From assembly GCA_001662655.1 (NCBI GenBank), contig KV460226.1: a DNA stretch of 64,000 bases. The stretch is one strand, 5' to 3'. The position numbers and the translations under genes are program-made. The notes beneath the pieces were generated by a model, which saw only the letters and a list, made by a program, of their open reading frames with translations, did not search any database and was not told the DNA's origin. Below are positions 1-12,737 of this stretch, piece after piece. The stretch's first letter is position 1; each line of letters opens with the position of its first letter. The stretch is from Pseudogymnoascus verrucosus. Taxonomy: Eukaryota.

Positions 1-1455
1 GCCTGCCTATTCACGCTTTCCTTGGGGAGATTAGGCAGCATACCACTCCCACACACACAAACATACCCGTTACTCTACCATCTATCTAGCCTGGTTTTTC
101 TGTTTGCTCTGATTTCGAGGCCAGTAACTGGTGACGCACCATTGGTTTACAACATGACAGGTGGAAGAACCTCCCCTTTTTCCAATCTCGGCGGGATTGT
201 GTGGTTTATTCACCCTTCCATCCCGAGGCAAGTGTTTGCAAAGACAGGCAGCATAGCACACTTACTCTTCCACACTGTCACCGGGTTAGTTTGCCTGGTT
301 CTGCCAAGGAGAGGGAGAAGGTTGCTAGGCTCTTCACAGCCAAGGAGGGGTAGGCAACACCAACAGGAGTGACACAGACAGAGAGTTCACGCTCCGAATC
401 TCGGCGAGCTGCTGTTGGTGCTGGGTGACTCCTTATTCCCCCGCGGCGGCGATATGGACAAGTACACCCAAGTACCCCTCGCCACACGTTTCTTTTCGCT
501 TTGCCATCCAGTGGTCGGCTGATTCACAGACCACGGACAAGTGTCCTTCTGTCTTGGAGGTTGGGAGGTGATCCCGTCCGGATCTCGGCGAGCTGCAGAT
601 ATGTGTGTGAACTCCCGAAGTGACGTTTGTAAGACGGCAAATAACACGGATATGCAGATTTGCAGCTTTCTCCTTGCCACCCTTTTTTTCCTCGGCTTTG
701 CAGGACAAAAGGTAGGTGGCCTTCTAGCTGATAGGGGGTTTCGATCTGTCCAGATCTCGGTAGTTAATGAAACGTGTTCTACTGTTACACACCATTTCTT
801 TGCCACTTCTCACATCTGTGATTTCCCGCTTGCTTGCCACGATTTCCCACTTTCTCAACGGGAAATCGAATAATTGTCCTGGGTAGCTAGCGGGGAATTT
901 CAGATCATGGGAAGTTATCAGCTTGAAAATTAGTGCGTCACGCCGCTAGTGCGGACCTCCGGGTGTCATAGTTGAAAATGTGAGAACTTTGGTGAGGCTT
1001 AAAAGTTTGGTGCGAGGCTAGCGAGCGCCCCGTCTCTTCTGCACAGAAATGAGGCCAATGTCGAAAATAGACCCGAGTAAGCATATCAGGCATCTTGTGG
1101 TCAGAGATACTCGGTATCGGTAGTGTTAACTGAATATGTGTGCTCTGAAATGTGCATTTTAACTGCGAGACTCATGTGTTTTTCGTTGTCTGCTGTTGAG
1201 TGCGGTTGTTAGGGGTCCGGCGGCGCGATGTATGTAAACTAGGGTTCGGCGAAGTAGTTAGAATGGAGATGCATCGTCCTATAAGTTAGGACGAGAATGT
1301 AGGAGTCTATAAAAGGAATTGAAGGTTTTGTTTCTCTACTTTTGGTAATATATTTTAATTTCTCTTTGTGGTATTTCCGAAAATATAATTTTCCGGATTC
1401 TCAAATTTCTCATATCGACTTCCAACTTTCCAACCCTCATAATCACGATCGGACG

Positions 1456-2314
1456 ATGGAACATTCGGATGAAACAGGGCTCCCCTCGAGCAACCCCTCA
1501 AGCAACTCATCCCAGCTCGAAGATACTGCTGAACCACAACAAGAGCCACCGAAGCTAGCCTACAAAACTCTCTCCTATCATCAAATGAAAGCCGCCGCCG
1601 AGAGAGAAGCGCGCGAATACATGGCCAGCTGGCCCATGAACGATCGCGCCGCGAAGAACATACCACTCCATGGCTCCATAATTGGTCTACTCCGTGATAT
1701 TAATGATCCGATTAGCTTCAACGCTCTGGTAGTGATGCGGAAATCGATTGAATATCGCATGAACCAGGTGATGGGGGCGGCAACGATGTATAAGGATTTT
1801 TGGGGTATCGATGTACCGGATTGTCATCAGGTCAACGTTGATGCTGGCGGTTGGTCTGCAGAAGCATTCCGCTGGGCGTGCAGGTACGCCTTGTTCGATG
1901 AGCCGGGTAGCTTGCAAGGCCATCGGTATGTTAAGGGGTCTATGTATATGGCATACTGTATAACCGAAGCTGGTTGGGACCAAGCTGAAGCGGAAGCTAA
2001 ACTTGATACTTTGGTGCAATACAAAGGTATGATGCCGTGTTACGTTATCTCACTTCGCACTTATGAAAGAGCTAACTCTGATTTTAGAAGCTGGGGTTTT
2101 CGGCTCGGGCATCTCAAATATTGAGGGCACCAGCCGGATTAGAGCAATGATTCCGAAGATTATGTCGACCCATGAGCGCCCGATCCGTGAAGAACTTGAG
2201 AAAATCGCGCAGTACATGAAGTTAAGAGTCCAGATGGCGTCCTCTACCCAGTCTCTTCAAGAGGAGGTCCCAGAGGAGTCCTCTGCATGGCCACTCAGCG
2301 GAACTATTCAATAG
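1456..2314 (+). CDS. Orphan/hypothetical protein, copy A (2 exons: 1456-2026, 2088-2314)
   Basis: ATG 1456; intron 2027-2087 (GTATGA...GCTAAC...TTTTAG) joins ORF 1342..2124 in frame to ORF 2063..2314 (QYK-E-AGVF). The adjacent paralog conserves the protein sequence and intron position. Confidence 0.7.
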
Positions 2315-2551
2315 CGCGGATGTGAATCACCATTTATTACGGCCTTAGCAGATACGCTTTTAAGGCTTACTATGGAAGGCTACAACACTGGTGAAGTGGA
2401 TTATGATGATAAAAGGCCAATTTACGCGGGGCTAATTAAGGTAATACGAGATGCTATCCATGACGTCGACCTACGAAAAACAAATGTTAGTGCAGAAAAT
2501 GCGGGTTTGATTCACCAGCCAATGTTCTCATCTGATCATGATGAGTGGGAG

Positions 2552-3395
2552 ATGGAATGCGGGGAACGAACAGAACTCGTCATGGTTGAACCACAACCAG
2601 AGCCACCAGGAGTCGAACATCAGTTTGGCCCAGGAGAAAATGTACTTTCCAATTATCAGCTGAAACTTGCTGTTAAGAAAGAAGCACAGAGGTATCTTGA
2701 CAGCGAGCCGGGTATTGATTCAGCAGCCAACAATATCTGACTTCACGGTGCTATTAGCCGCCTACTCAAAGATACCAGCAATCCTGACATTGAAGACTTG
2801 GTAGAGATGCGAGAATCAATCGGCTATCGCATGAACCAAATCATGGGGATGGCAACGAGATACAAGAATAAATGGGGCCTTGATATTCGGGATTGCCATC
2901 TTGTCGACGAAAACAGTTACATGAACAAAGGTCTTCAGAATCAGGCAAACATGTTCAACCTGGTCGGCAAGTACCCCTTATTCGATGAGCCAACATACCT
3001 ACAAGGCCGCCCTTATGTAAAAGGGAAAAAGTATCTCACTCGCTGTATTTTCGAGGCTGGTTGGAACCCAGATGAAGCAGCAGACAAACTAGATAGGTTG
3101 GTGAAGTATAAAAATGAACAAGGTAGACCGCTGCATTACACCTCCTACTATATATATTAAGATATCAAAACTAACATCTACTATAGATCTAGCAGCTCTA
3201 AGCTCCAGCGTTACAGAAGTTGAGAGCACCAACAGTGTCATGGCGACGCTTCGTAGGATTTTTGCGGTCTCTAAGCGCCCAATCCGGGAAGAACTTGAAA
3301 AAATCTCGGGGCGCACAAAGCTAAGAATCAGGTTAGAGTCCTTTAGCATGTCTCCTCAAAAGAGGGTCTCAGAGGAGTCGGTTGAAGGCCAGTAG
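2552..3395 (+). pseudogene. Tandem paralog of the 1456-2314 gene, copy B, with an internal TGA at 2738-2740
   Basis: NI*LHGAISRLLKD...MRESIGYRMNQIMGMAT aligns with NIPLHGSIIGLLRD...MRKSIEYRMNQVMGAAT. Equivalent intron 3123-3186; shared RPIREELEKI in the last exon. Start uncertain (2372, 2522 or 2552). Confidence 0.7.
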
Positions 3396-3901
3396 GGAGA
3401 ATTTGCTCGGGATGCAGCATATGGCTAGGAAAGTTAAGTGCATAAAATCGAGACGCCTACTGGCTTGCTTCCAGAAGGCTACCCAAATTATGGCAAGCAG
3501 CCGATGTGTGCGCTTTCCAACTGACAATGCATATGCCTGTGAAGAATATGGGAAACAACATTGCATATTGCATGAGTGCGGGGATTCTCACTTTTCTCCC
3601 CGTTGCCCTGTTTCCCCATCTTAGGGCTGGCACGGGAAACTAAACTCCCTCGCGGCTTTCGGCGAGCGGCAGAACAGACAGTTGCACTGCATAATGGGCT
3701 GCCTAGAATCTTATGCACCATCACGCATTATTGTTTCCTCACCGCCACTTGCGGCTCCGGCGTGCTGTTTGATTCGCATGCCTGCATTTGCGAGTTTGCG
3801 CTGTAGCAAGCATCATACTCCCAGCTAACAGCTTGCTATTTGTGTGTTGATTTTATGCTTGATGAGTGTTAGAAATATCAAAACAATTATAAGTCCTCGA
3901 C

Positions 3902-6533
3902 CAGTGATCCCCACGGATACCTGAGTATCCGGGGTATCCGGATACTTGTATGCGGATACTTGTATCCTTGAGAATTCGACGAGTATCCGGATACTATGAG
4001 TATCCACGGATACATATCCGGATACCTGCCAAGAATAGCCAAGAATAGCCAAGAATAGAAAATTCATCGTTACGCTTACCGTCACCGTCGATAGGAAGAG
4101 TTGAGAGTTGCTTTACTGTGACTTTGTTACTGTAGACAAAATGAGCGACTCGCCTTTGTCAGATGCTCCCACTAATATTGAAGCCCCTATGGGCTATCAA
4201 GAATTAAATCTCCCGCCCTTAAATACCCCTATTCTACCGCTGTCTACACTAAGAACTCTAGTCTACTTACAGCCGCCACTACAGCATAGTTTGCCTATTA
4301 CTAAAACATCACTCTTCTCTACAAGGCTATACAGCCGTTTACTACTTGAAACGGCACCTTCAACTATACAGTATGAATGCCTTTAGCTAGGCTGCAGCTA
4401 CAAGCCGCCACCCTAACTTGCAACCTAGAACTCAACTAGCAACTTATGGTTGCATTATAAGAGAAAGCACCCTGCTTTAGAGTAGCTACACAATAGCAAG
4501 AACAGCAATATCGGTATATCTAGCGCTTTAAGCAGCAATTCATCATCCTTTTTCGAGCCTCGCTAGCAAGTATAGCCTACACTTAAGCTAGCACTCCACT
4601 AAGCAAAATATAGAGAATTGTTAATATAATTTATTATATCAAATAACCTGTCTTTAAGTATTGTAGAGAGCTACACGTACCGTTAACTAGTACACTTCCT
4701 AAGCCTAACTACACTTAGTATATCTACTACAACTATTAGCCGTGAGCTGCTCCGCTAATTCTCATATTACCGAGGGCAGTTAATTGTAGAGCTTAATTCT
4801 CATATTAAGAGTAGAGGACGAATATCAATTATAATAGACGCCTAGTTAGCTCGTAACTATACTTAGTTTGCAGCAGTTACTAGTCATTAGATTAATGATA
4901 AATGGCAGTAACGGTTAGCTTTACTTAATGTAATACATCTTAAAGAGCCTATTTATAGCAGTGAATATCTTATAGAGGAGTTACAAGCTGTTATAGACGG
5001 AATGGGCATTACAAGAGCTATCTTTACTTACACTTAGGACAATGCCTTAGTTAATGATGTAATGCTCTCTAAGTTTGAGAAACTAGCTAAAGCCTATCTA
5101 ATTTCATCTCAACAACTATGGCCCTTTACTGTTAAGGAAGGCGACGTACGCTATATCGCCTATATTATCAATCTTGTAGTTTAAGCTACTCTTAAAGCCT
5201 TAAAAGCTGACCTATTAGCAGAGATTAATGATTATTAATGTGAGCTAGGCGCAGCTCGGATTCCGTGTATAGTTGAGAGTAATACAGAGATTATGATAAC
5301 TCTAGCAAAGCTACAGAGGCATATATATGTATTCTAGAATCGAAGGCAATGGAACGACGCTCTATAAAGGCAAGCACTTACAGCTAGTCTTAAGCCTCGA
5401 CAGCTAACGCTTAACATGCTAATTCGATGGAATTCTACATACTATATGCTTATTACTACAAAGTACTTACGAGATCCTATAACTACTATATGTGCTACAT
5501 AGACTTTTAATCTAAGTATGAGAGAGATTGCTCTTACTTTAGAAGATTAGACAATTATTTAGAGTCTTAAGGATTTGTTTAAGATCTTTTTAAGCCTATC
5601 TTAAAAGATGTAAGCAAGCGCCTACCTAACTCTAAACTACGTTATTCTAAAATATCTTAAGATGATTAAGAGACTTAAAATGACAATTTAGGTAGTTAGT
5701 AACTAGACGACAATTAGCCTAGCTTGTATAGCTGCGTTGCTTAAACTTAACAAATACTATACTTTAACAATAAGCTAGCGTTATAGTCACTTAGCTATAG
5801 CTATAGTTTGTAATCTATAGATGAATCTTGCTGTATTTTAGAGGCTATAGCTAACTAGCATTAAGAATGCTAAAAGGCATTAAGTATTAGCTTAATTTAG
5901 GGCTATATACAACTAGTATAACAGCCGTGAGTATTAGCTTACTAATGAGAGAATTAAGCAACAGATTCAATTAGAAGTTGAGGAGCAACTAGAGCTAGAC
6001 TCCAATGATGATTTATATGTCACAACTACAACCTCTCATTAAGAGCTAGAATGGAAAAGATGGAACAACGAGGGCTGTCCTAGACCACAGACTAATATAC
6101 TTAAATATTAGGCTGTAAAGCAGTACTAATATCTAGTTATTGCAAAGATTGCAAGAGATCATCTTGCAATCCCTATAACATTAGCTACATCAGAACGGGT
6201 ATTTAGCAATGGTAGTGATATTATTACTAAGAAACGGAACAGACTGTTGCCATTAACAGTTAGATATCTACTTTGCTTACGGGATTAGGGCCATTTACTA
6301 GAGGCAGATGATAGTGATGCAGACGATGAGCGGGAGGAATAGGAGTTATTGTATATATACACTATAGCTATGAGCTTCAATTCTATTTTTATATACTCTA
6401 TTATAGCCTTAAGCCTCATGTATCCTGATACATATCTGGATATCCGGATACATATCCATGGATTTCTCACGGATACTGTATCCTATCCGTAGAGTTCACG
6501 GATAGTATCCGGATACGTATCCGGGGAACACTG
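3902..6533 (+). mobile_element. hAT DNA transposon, full length (2632 bp), RIP-inactivated
   Basis: TIRs CAGTGATCCCC / GGGGAACACTG; 8-bp TSD TCCTCGAC at 3894-3901 and 6534-6541; many subterminal GGATAC/GTATCC repeats; internal transposase remnant. Confidence 0.95.
4141..6343 (+). pseudogene. hAT transposase pseudogene (BED-like finger, DDE core, C-terminal dimerisation domain)
   Basis: Motifs readable through many stops: STSNLWLHYKRKH, IDA*L, T*DNA, RYIAYIINLVV, RWNSTYYML, IAKIARDHLAIP..SERVFS..RNRL. Stops fall where W/Q are expected (TGG>TAG, CAA>TAA). Confidence 0.9.
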
Positions 6534-6866
6534 TCCTCGACTTGTGTATAAAGTGTTAGCAAGCCGATCTTCGTTTTATATTGTTCATTTTTTAAATCAT
6601 CCACTCATTTTAATCTTTCTTTTCTATATTTCAACAACTATTCGATTATCATTATTTCGTTATATATTATTTACCAGATCTCTATTTTTCAACTTTTACT
6701 TCACTCCTTGACCAATCGCCTATATATATATTCAAACAACAAAAATTACACAAATCTCAATCTTGCAATATAGGCTGTCGATTTTGCTAGAGATTCTTCC
6801 TACAATCTTTCGCAAGGCACAGCATCATTCTACGTCAGGCTTACGACCTGAGAACCGCCGAACCTG

Positions 6867-8052
6867 GTGTTTTACCTCTGGCACCCCATTATTCCTCGGG
6901 TACCTACTCGGAGTCTTCGTGCTGAACGCCGCTCGCCGCCGCTCATGCACGCAATTATTAGAGAGAAACAGTGCTGGGCTCGCTATAGAATCACCCTACG
7001 GCTACGCTCTCACCACTGCTGGTCGGGTCTTTTGGAACCAGGAGTTGCAGAAGGAGACATTGTAGACTACGCCATCTACATCTTCCGTCCCCTCGCCGGC
7101 GATGTCCCGAACGCATACGCCGTGCGTGGGCTCGCTGAGTAGAGATCCGCAAAATCCGGAGAGGCCTTATAGATGGAAACGGATGATGCATCATGGCCTG
7201 TGGGTGGAAATTTCTCACGTACTACCTACATAGGGTGAGTAGACCGTTATAATGGGATGGCAACACAATAACTAACAATTTCATTAGGCCACCAAATCTC
7301 CCACCCCCCAGGCAAAACAGCCAAACACAACGACCCCGTCCGCGCATATATCCGCTTTTGTGCGAGCGTGCTTGTCCCTACCCATCTCCGCCTCTCGGAG
7401 AGACGTTCCATTGCCGTTGATTTATACAATGCCCACATCGTCAATGCGAAGCTCGAGAAGGTTCTTGGCCGAGCATGTTGTAGATTACCAGCGATGAAGA
7501 GGCTATACGGGCACCGCCTCGGAGTTGAAGAGAACCGCACACAGCTTAGCGCACTTGCAGGTGCTACTACAATCGAAACAATAGAACTGCGTGACTCCAA
7601 ATTGCACATCGATGACCTTCTGGTCATCCTCAACCCACTTAAGAATTGTCATTCTTACGTCGTCTAGGAACCCCGTAGCAGCTGATCGTGCGGCGACCAT
7701 GGGAGAAAGCTGCATGCGGGATCAAGGATCCCTTCGTGTAGTCAAGCACGGGCGCACAAGTGTCTGGACAAGCGGATCACTTAATGAAATTTGGTCGGAC
7801 TGTAGTTTGAGAGGTCGGATTACGGAGTATTGTGTCCTCAACAAGACTACGATCTCAGAGACAACTTTTGACCTCATCGGAGACGCAATTAGGTCTCTCC
7901 GTGGCCTATTACGCGACGAGGATCATGCAACAACCTTGGAGTATTTGCGATCCATTCCAGTCATAAATGACCTTGTCTTAGCCATTATAACCGGTCGAGC
8001 TGGTTCTAGCAAGACGTTCTTCATATATGCACTGTGTTTTGAGGAGCTTTAG
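6867..8052 (+). pseudogene. Possible degraded gene of unknown family
   Basis: Chain of short overlapping + strand ORFs with one clean intron-like segment, 7235-7287 (GTGAGT...ACTAAC...TTAG). No recognisable domain. Confidence 0.3.
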
Positions 8053-9354
8053 TGCGTTGGTCATGATGGAGCTCATCCCGTCCGAGGTTGGCCTTCCCTA
8101 ATATCCTGCTAAGAGGAGTAGCTAAGTCCAAGCCTCTGAAGCAACATCACTTGAGGACGCATAGAGGGGTATAACACATTCGTTAACAGGGAGTGGTTAA
8201 AGACTATGTTTCGTCCTTGTCAGCGTCTGTGGAAGCAGAGTTGGACAGAATCTAGGGCGGAAAATCCCAACCACATGCTAGAGATAAGCCACATGTTTGA
8301 ACTTCATAGGATAGGCAGCGATTTACACGAGGGACCAACCTTTCAACCCCTAGGTTGCTCCTTCATGTAAATCGTTCCTCACATTCTACTGAAGCTCAGC
8401 CATATGGCTTTTCACCAGTATGCGGTTCCGTTTTGCCGCCTTTGACTCTAGCTACATATCTGTTTTGCATCCTCCTACTCCATCGGTATCAGACCATACC
8501 TGCGTCAACGGCATAAATAAGGACTACTCATCCCGTACAGGAAGACATGTGAAGTCTCTGGTTCAGTTCATTGTTAGCGAGATAGGAGAGAGAAGGGTCC
8601 TTCTGTCAATATGGACACCGTGTGGAGAATTCAAATCCAAGACCACGCAAGATCCAGGGATGTAGAGGATAACTATGGGGCTGTGGAGGGAAAAGGGCGT
8701 GAAAACATATCAAGCTGACGCGCCTCTTTCAACTTACCCCTATCAGTAGCTGGCATCACAGATGCGCGCCCTTGGCCTTGGGGATTGGGGGTGAATCCTT
8801 GTGCCGTTTCAAGCGTTTTCTTCCGTCTGCCGCGCCGGTTACCGCACCGAAGCTAATGCCAGTACAGAAGTCGCCGAATGGTACTAGTGGGGTCGGAGGA
8901 AGCGGCTGAGCGAGGGGATGTCTGTGGAGGATGCTGAGCGAGGGGAGATAACAGAGAAGGATGTGATTGAGAAACCTATCTTGATATTGAGGAGCAAAGA
9001 GAAACTTATCATGTTGTACTTGGAGATAGCGTAATTCGTAGGATATGTGAAAGGGAGTGTTTTTTTTTGGAAGCCCTGGGTTGCAGAATAGTTGGAAATA
9101 ATAATGCATTCAATGGAATTTCCGCTCCCATCTGCGCTATGTAATACCCCAATCATGGTGACTTGGGAGATCTATCGGTGAGTTTGAGATACAGTAGTTT
9201 GTTTGTACATGCCTTCGCCATCTGCTGCAGAAATAGTGGCCCTAATCTCACATATATCGTACATCCAAACTCCACCTTCCCCGCCATGCTATGGAGCCTG
9301 AGCTTCCAATCCAGCTCGTACCATTTATCCCTTCCACTCCCTCATACCAGCGCC

Positions 9355-10089
9355 CTACCAAATTCCCAGCCACTTCTTGACCTGCCTCTTCTTCGGCTGC
9401 TCTAAGCCCTCCTCTCCCGCTTCCATTGCCTCCTGAACAGCAGCAGGAGGTGCCTCCTTAGCAGTCCACCCACCAAAGCCCTCCGTCTCAAGACCGTGCG
9501 CCTTCCTGTACTCTCCCCTCTTCGCCACATCCTCCACCCTCCTCGCTCTCCTATCCTTAGTCTCCGCGCTCCTCGCCTCGGCATCCAGCCTCAAAACCTC
9601 AACCACCGTCCTCACCGTCGCAAAGGGGTGCCATATCGCATCCTTCGGCTCCGGCAGCAGATCCCCAAACTTCGAGTCCCGTCGCAGACTAACCAGGAAC
9701 GTGAAACCCGCCAGCGACGATAGAACTCCGAGCGTGATGTAGATGTGGATGCTGCGATTGTTCAAGAACCAGTGCATGAAGGTCCCCTCGGGGGGCATCA
9801 TGGTAGGGTATTTCTTCGTCTTCTGGGCTGCGATCTCGGATTCGCTGAGCGCAGGGCCGGGGTATCGCACTGTGCGGTTGGGCAGGGTCTTGCCGTGCGA
9901 GGGCGGGTTGAAGCGTGTAGGCTTCTCCAGGACGGGGATTTTGGATGCAGGCGCCTTGGGCTTCGCGGCCTTTGGCTTTGGGGCCTTTGTGGACGCATCG
10001 CGGATGGTGCGGGAGATGGGCGAGGAGAGACGCGGGCGCCAGGTGGCGGGGCCGCGAGGGAGGAGGAAGCGTGGGATTGAGGCGGACAT
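9355..10089 (-). CDS. Hypothetical fungal protein, probably mitochondrial and single-pass membrane
   Basis: ATG 10089 (MSASIPRFLLPR..., Arg/Ser-rich presequence-like N-terminus); one hydrophobic segment IHIYITLGVLSSLAGFTFLV; C-terminal KKWLGIW; coding-like codon usage. Confidence 0.75.
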   Translation of the reverse strand: MSASIPRFLLPRGPATWRPRLSSPISRTIRDASTKAPKPKAAKPKAPASKIPVLEKPTRFNPPSHGKTLPNRTVRYPGPALSESEIAAQKTKKYPTMMPPEGTFMHWFLNNRSIHIYITLGVLSSLAGFTFLVSLRRDSKFGDLLPEPKDAIWHPFATVRTVVEVLRLDAEARSAETKDRRARRVEDVAKRGEYRKAHGLETEGFGGWTAKEAPPAAVQEAMEAGEEGLEQPKKRQVKKWLGIW

Positions 10090-10553
10090 TGTTGCGCGTG
10101 TTAATTGCCTGTTGTCCTGGATAGGCAATCTTGAAGGGACCAGTATAATTTTATCGCGTTGTCTGTACGCCAAAAAGAGCCGCACGGACAAATGGCCCAG
10201 GAACAAAAATATTACGGTCGCCGAGGAAGACCACGTGCGTTCTCCGCGGCGCCGTTGTTCCCTGACCCGAGGTCTCCCGAGAGTACAGCCACGATAACCA
10301 ACGACAAGCCACGGTTGGATGCGGAAATGACAAAGCCGAGCCTTCTGATTGGTGGATTACCACAACATGTGGCTGGGGGGCTGACTGATGACTGGAGACG
10401 CTAATTTCTTGGTTTCCTGGCCGTCATGTCCGGTTTGTCCTGGGTTCGAGAAAGTTTTTCGATTCCTTCTACTTACCTTCCATTACGTCTTGTTTCAATC
10501 ATACAACAAATAAACACCTCCAATCGCTTTTATTGCCTTAATACTTATTCAAA

Positions 10554-11380
10554 ATGCCTTTCAAGGACGGTATGTACCCCGATTCTCTTTCCTACTGGCT
10601 GGCTGTCCTGGGAATCATCGTTTGCGCCATTTATTCACATCGACGGCGCTTTGCCATTGAGACGGAGGCGATGACGGGTATGGGTTGAAGTTTGGCTAGG
10701 GGATGCAGAGATGCTTGGTCAATGTCATGCTGGCTTTGACGAGTGCCTACGATGAATAGATCTGGTGAAAGAGACGGGGCACTTCGCCCTCTTGTCAACT
10801 TCAAATTGCCATCTAAGTAAGGGGAGAATAGCTATCAACAGCTGCTTCTCCCGCCTTATCTATCTCGAAATCACTCGCAAGCCAATGCAAAACAAGCCAT
10901 ATACTCTCGAAAGCACCATTGACTGATTGCCAACCCGCTGCCAACTTTTTCTCATTATCCTCGGCACAGCCAAGCCCTCAACAAACTCCAGAAACAGACA
11001 ACTAACGCACCACATAGGAGACTCAAAGAAGGGTGCCAACCTCTTCAAGACCCGTTGCGCACAATGCCACACCCTCGGTGACGGAGAGGCCAACAAGATC
11101 GGCCCCAACCTCTTCGGTCTCTTCGGTCGCCAAACCGGCGCCGTCGAGGGTTACTCATACACCGATGCCAACAAGCAGAAGGCTATCACCTGGAACGCCG
11201 ACACTCTCTTCGAGTACCTCGAGAACCCAAAGAAGTACATCCCTGGCACCAAGATGGCCTTCGGTGGACTCAAGAAGGAGAAGGACCGCAACGACCTGAT
11301 CACGTAAGTTACCTATATCGATGTACCAAGCAGAAACAATGCTAACACCTCCCAGCTTCCTCCGCGAGGAGACCAAATAG
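10554..11380 (+). CDS. CYC1: Cytochrome c (exons 10554-10569, 11018-11303, 11356-11380)
   Basis: [24 protein letters not shown]...GPNL...[15 protein letters not shown]...LIT-FLREETK*; CxxCH haem motif; canonical introns. Confidence 0.97.
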
Positions 11381-11713
11381 ATGGGGACGCTGATGCTGTA
11401 ATGATATAAAAGGCTGTACTTGTACAATAGGTTAGATAGCGTTGGTTGTTGGGTGGGAAAAGATCTCCTCTTTAACATCGCGTGTATGTCCTGCATATCA
11501 TAAAGAATAGATGAGTTTGGGCGGAAAGGTTTATTTCAATACACATGTTTGTAACTGTGCGCTGCGCTCTGCTTATGCTTGGGTTCCTCTATGATTCTTC
11601 TCATCCAAACGCCTTGCCGATGTTCATGTCCCTCCATAATAGCCCAAGTAATCATCTAGCCATATGTAACCTGTATCTCATCGCCTTCAACCAAGGCACC
11701 ACATATTCACAAA

Positions 11714-12429
11714 TCAAGACGCCAACATCGCCTGTCTCTCCTCCCTTTGCTCCTCCCTCTGCTTCTCCCTAGCCTCTGCCCTCTCCTTGCTCGGCAGCTT
11801 CGTCGTAGGCACACTGGGCATCACGCCTGTAACCTGCGCCTCTAGTGCCTCCAACTCATCCTCAACCTCATCTTCATCCTGGTTCGAGATCTTCCCTCCC
11901 AACATCTCACTGACCTCCTACTCAATTATTAGCAACTGCCTCACACCCACTTAAACACATAGCACCGAACATACCTCCTGATAAGCCACCGCCTCCGCCG
12001 TCTCACCCATCAACTTCTCCACCTGCTCCAACCCTCCCATCTCCCTCTGAATCTCCTTTAACACCCTCGTCCCTTCCTGCAGCCCAAATACCACATCTTT
12101 CTGCACAAGTGCAAACTCCACACTACTCGTCAGCACCTCTAGCTGCTCCAGCTGCGCATCCGTCTTCGCCAGCAGACTTTCTTGGTACTTCTTCCGTCGC
12201 AGCGCCAGTAGAGCACGCGGACGGTCGCCTTGCTTCAATAACGTCGCTGCGATCGCATGCTCGCGGGCTGTGATCACCGTAATCCGCTTCTGGTATTTAT
12301 GCAGCCTATCGCGCTGGATTTTGAGGTTGAGGATCGCCCTGGGGAGGGGTGAGTAAGGCACACGAGCGGTGGGGGAGGGGCAGACACGTACTCATCTTGC
12401 GCCGTCGGTTTGCTAGCGGTGCTGCCCAT
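11714..12429 (-). CDS. VPS20: ESCRT-III subunit Vps20/CHMP6 (Snf7 family), 3 exons
   Basis: Myristoylation-type N-terminus MGSTASK; AILNLKIQRDRLHKYQKRI...ALLALRRKKYQESLL; acidic C-terminus. Confidence 0.9.
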
Positions 12430-12737
12430 GGCTGCTAAATCGCGGAATTATTTGAGTGCGACGAAGGCGCATGCTTCGGCTGGAATCTTATAGTTGTATT
12501 GTCATTGTCAAGGGTCTTTTGTGTCTCGGAGGCCCTGTTTTCGGAGCAGAAGGTCGAGGGCGTCATCCACCCTAAAGGCGGTCGAGGTGCGATAACGGGA
12601 GTTGCCGGCGCGATTACAGGGGTGCGGTTGCCAAAGTCAAAAAAGTTTGGACGGGGAACACAACATCACGGATCAGTGCGTCTTCTTGGGATTTTTGACT
12701 CTGCAAAGCTGCGCGTGACTTGTGATTTGTCGCAGCG

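Noticed and set aside
1..873. Overlapping short ORFs and a 15-bp direct repeat ATCTCGGCGAGCTGC (about 398 and 583)
   Set aside because: No recognisable domain or consistent splice model; may be the edge of a feature outside the window.
3408..3795. Possible MITE with degenerate CTCG..ATGCAG..CAT inverted ends
   Set aside because: Inverted match is short and imperfect, and no TSD was found.
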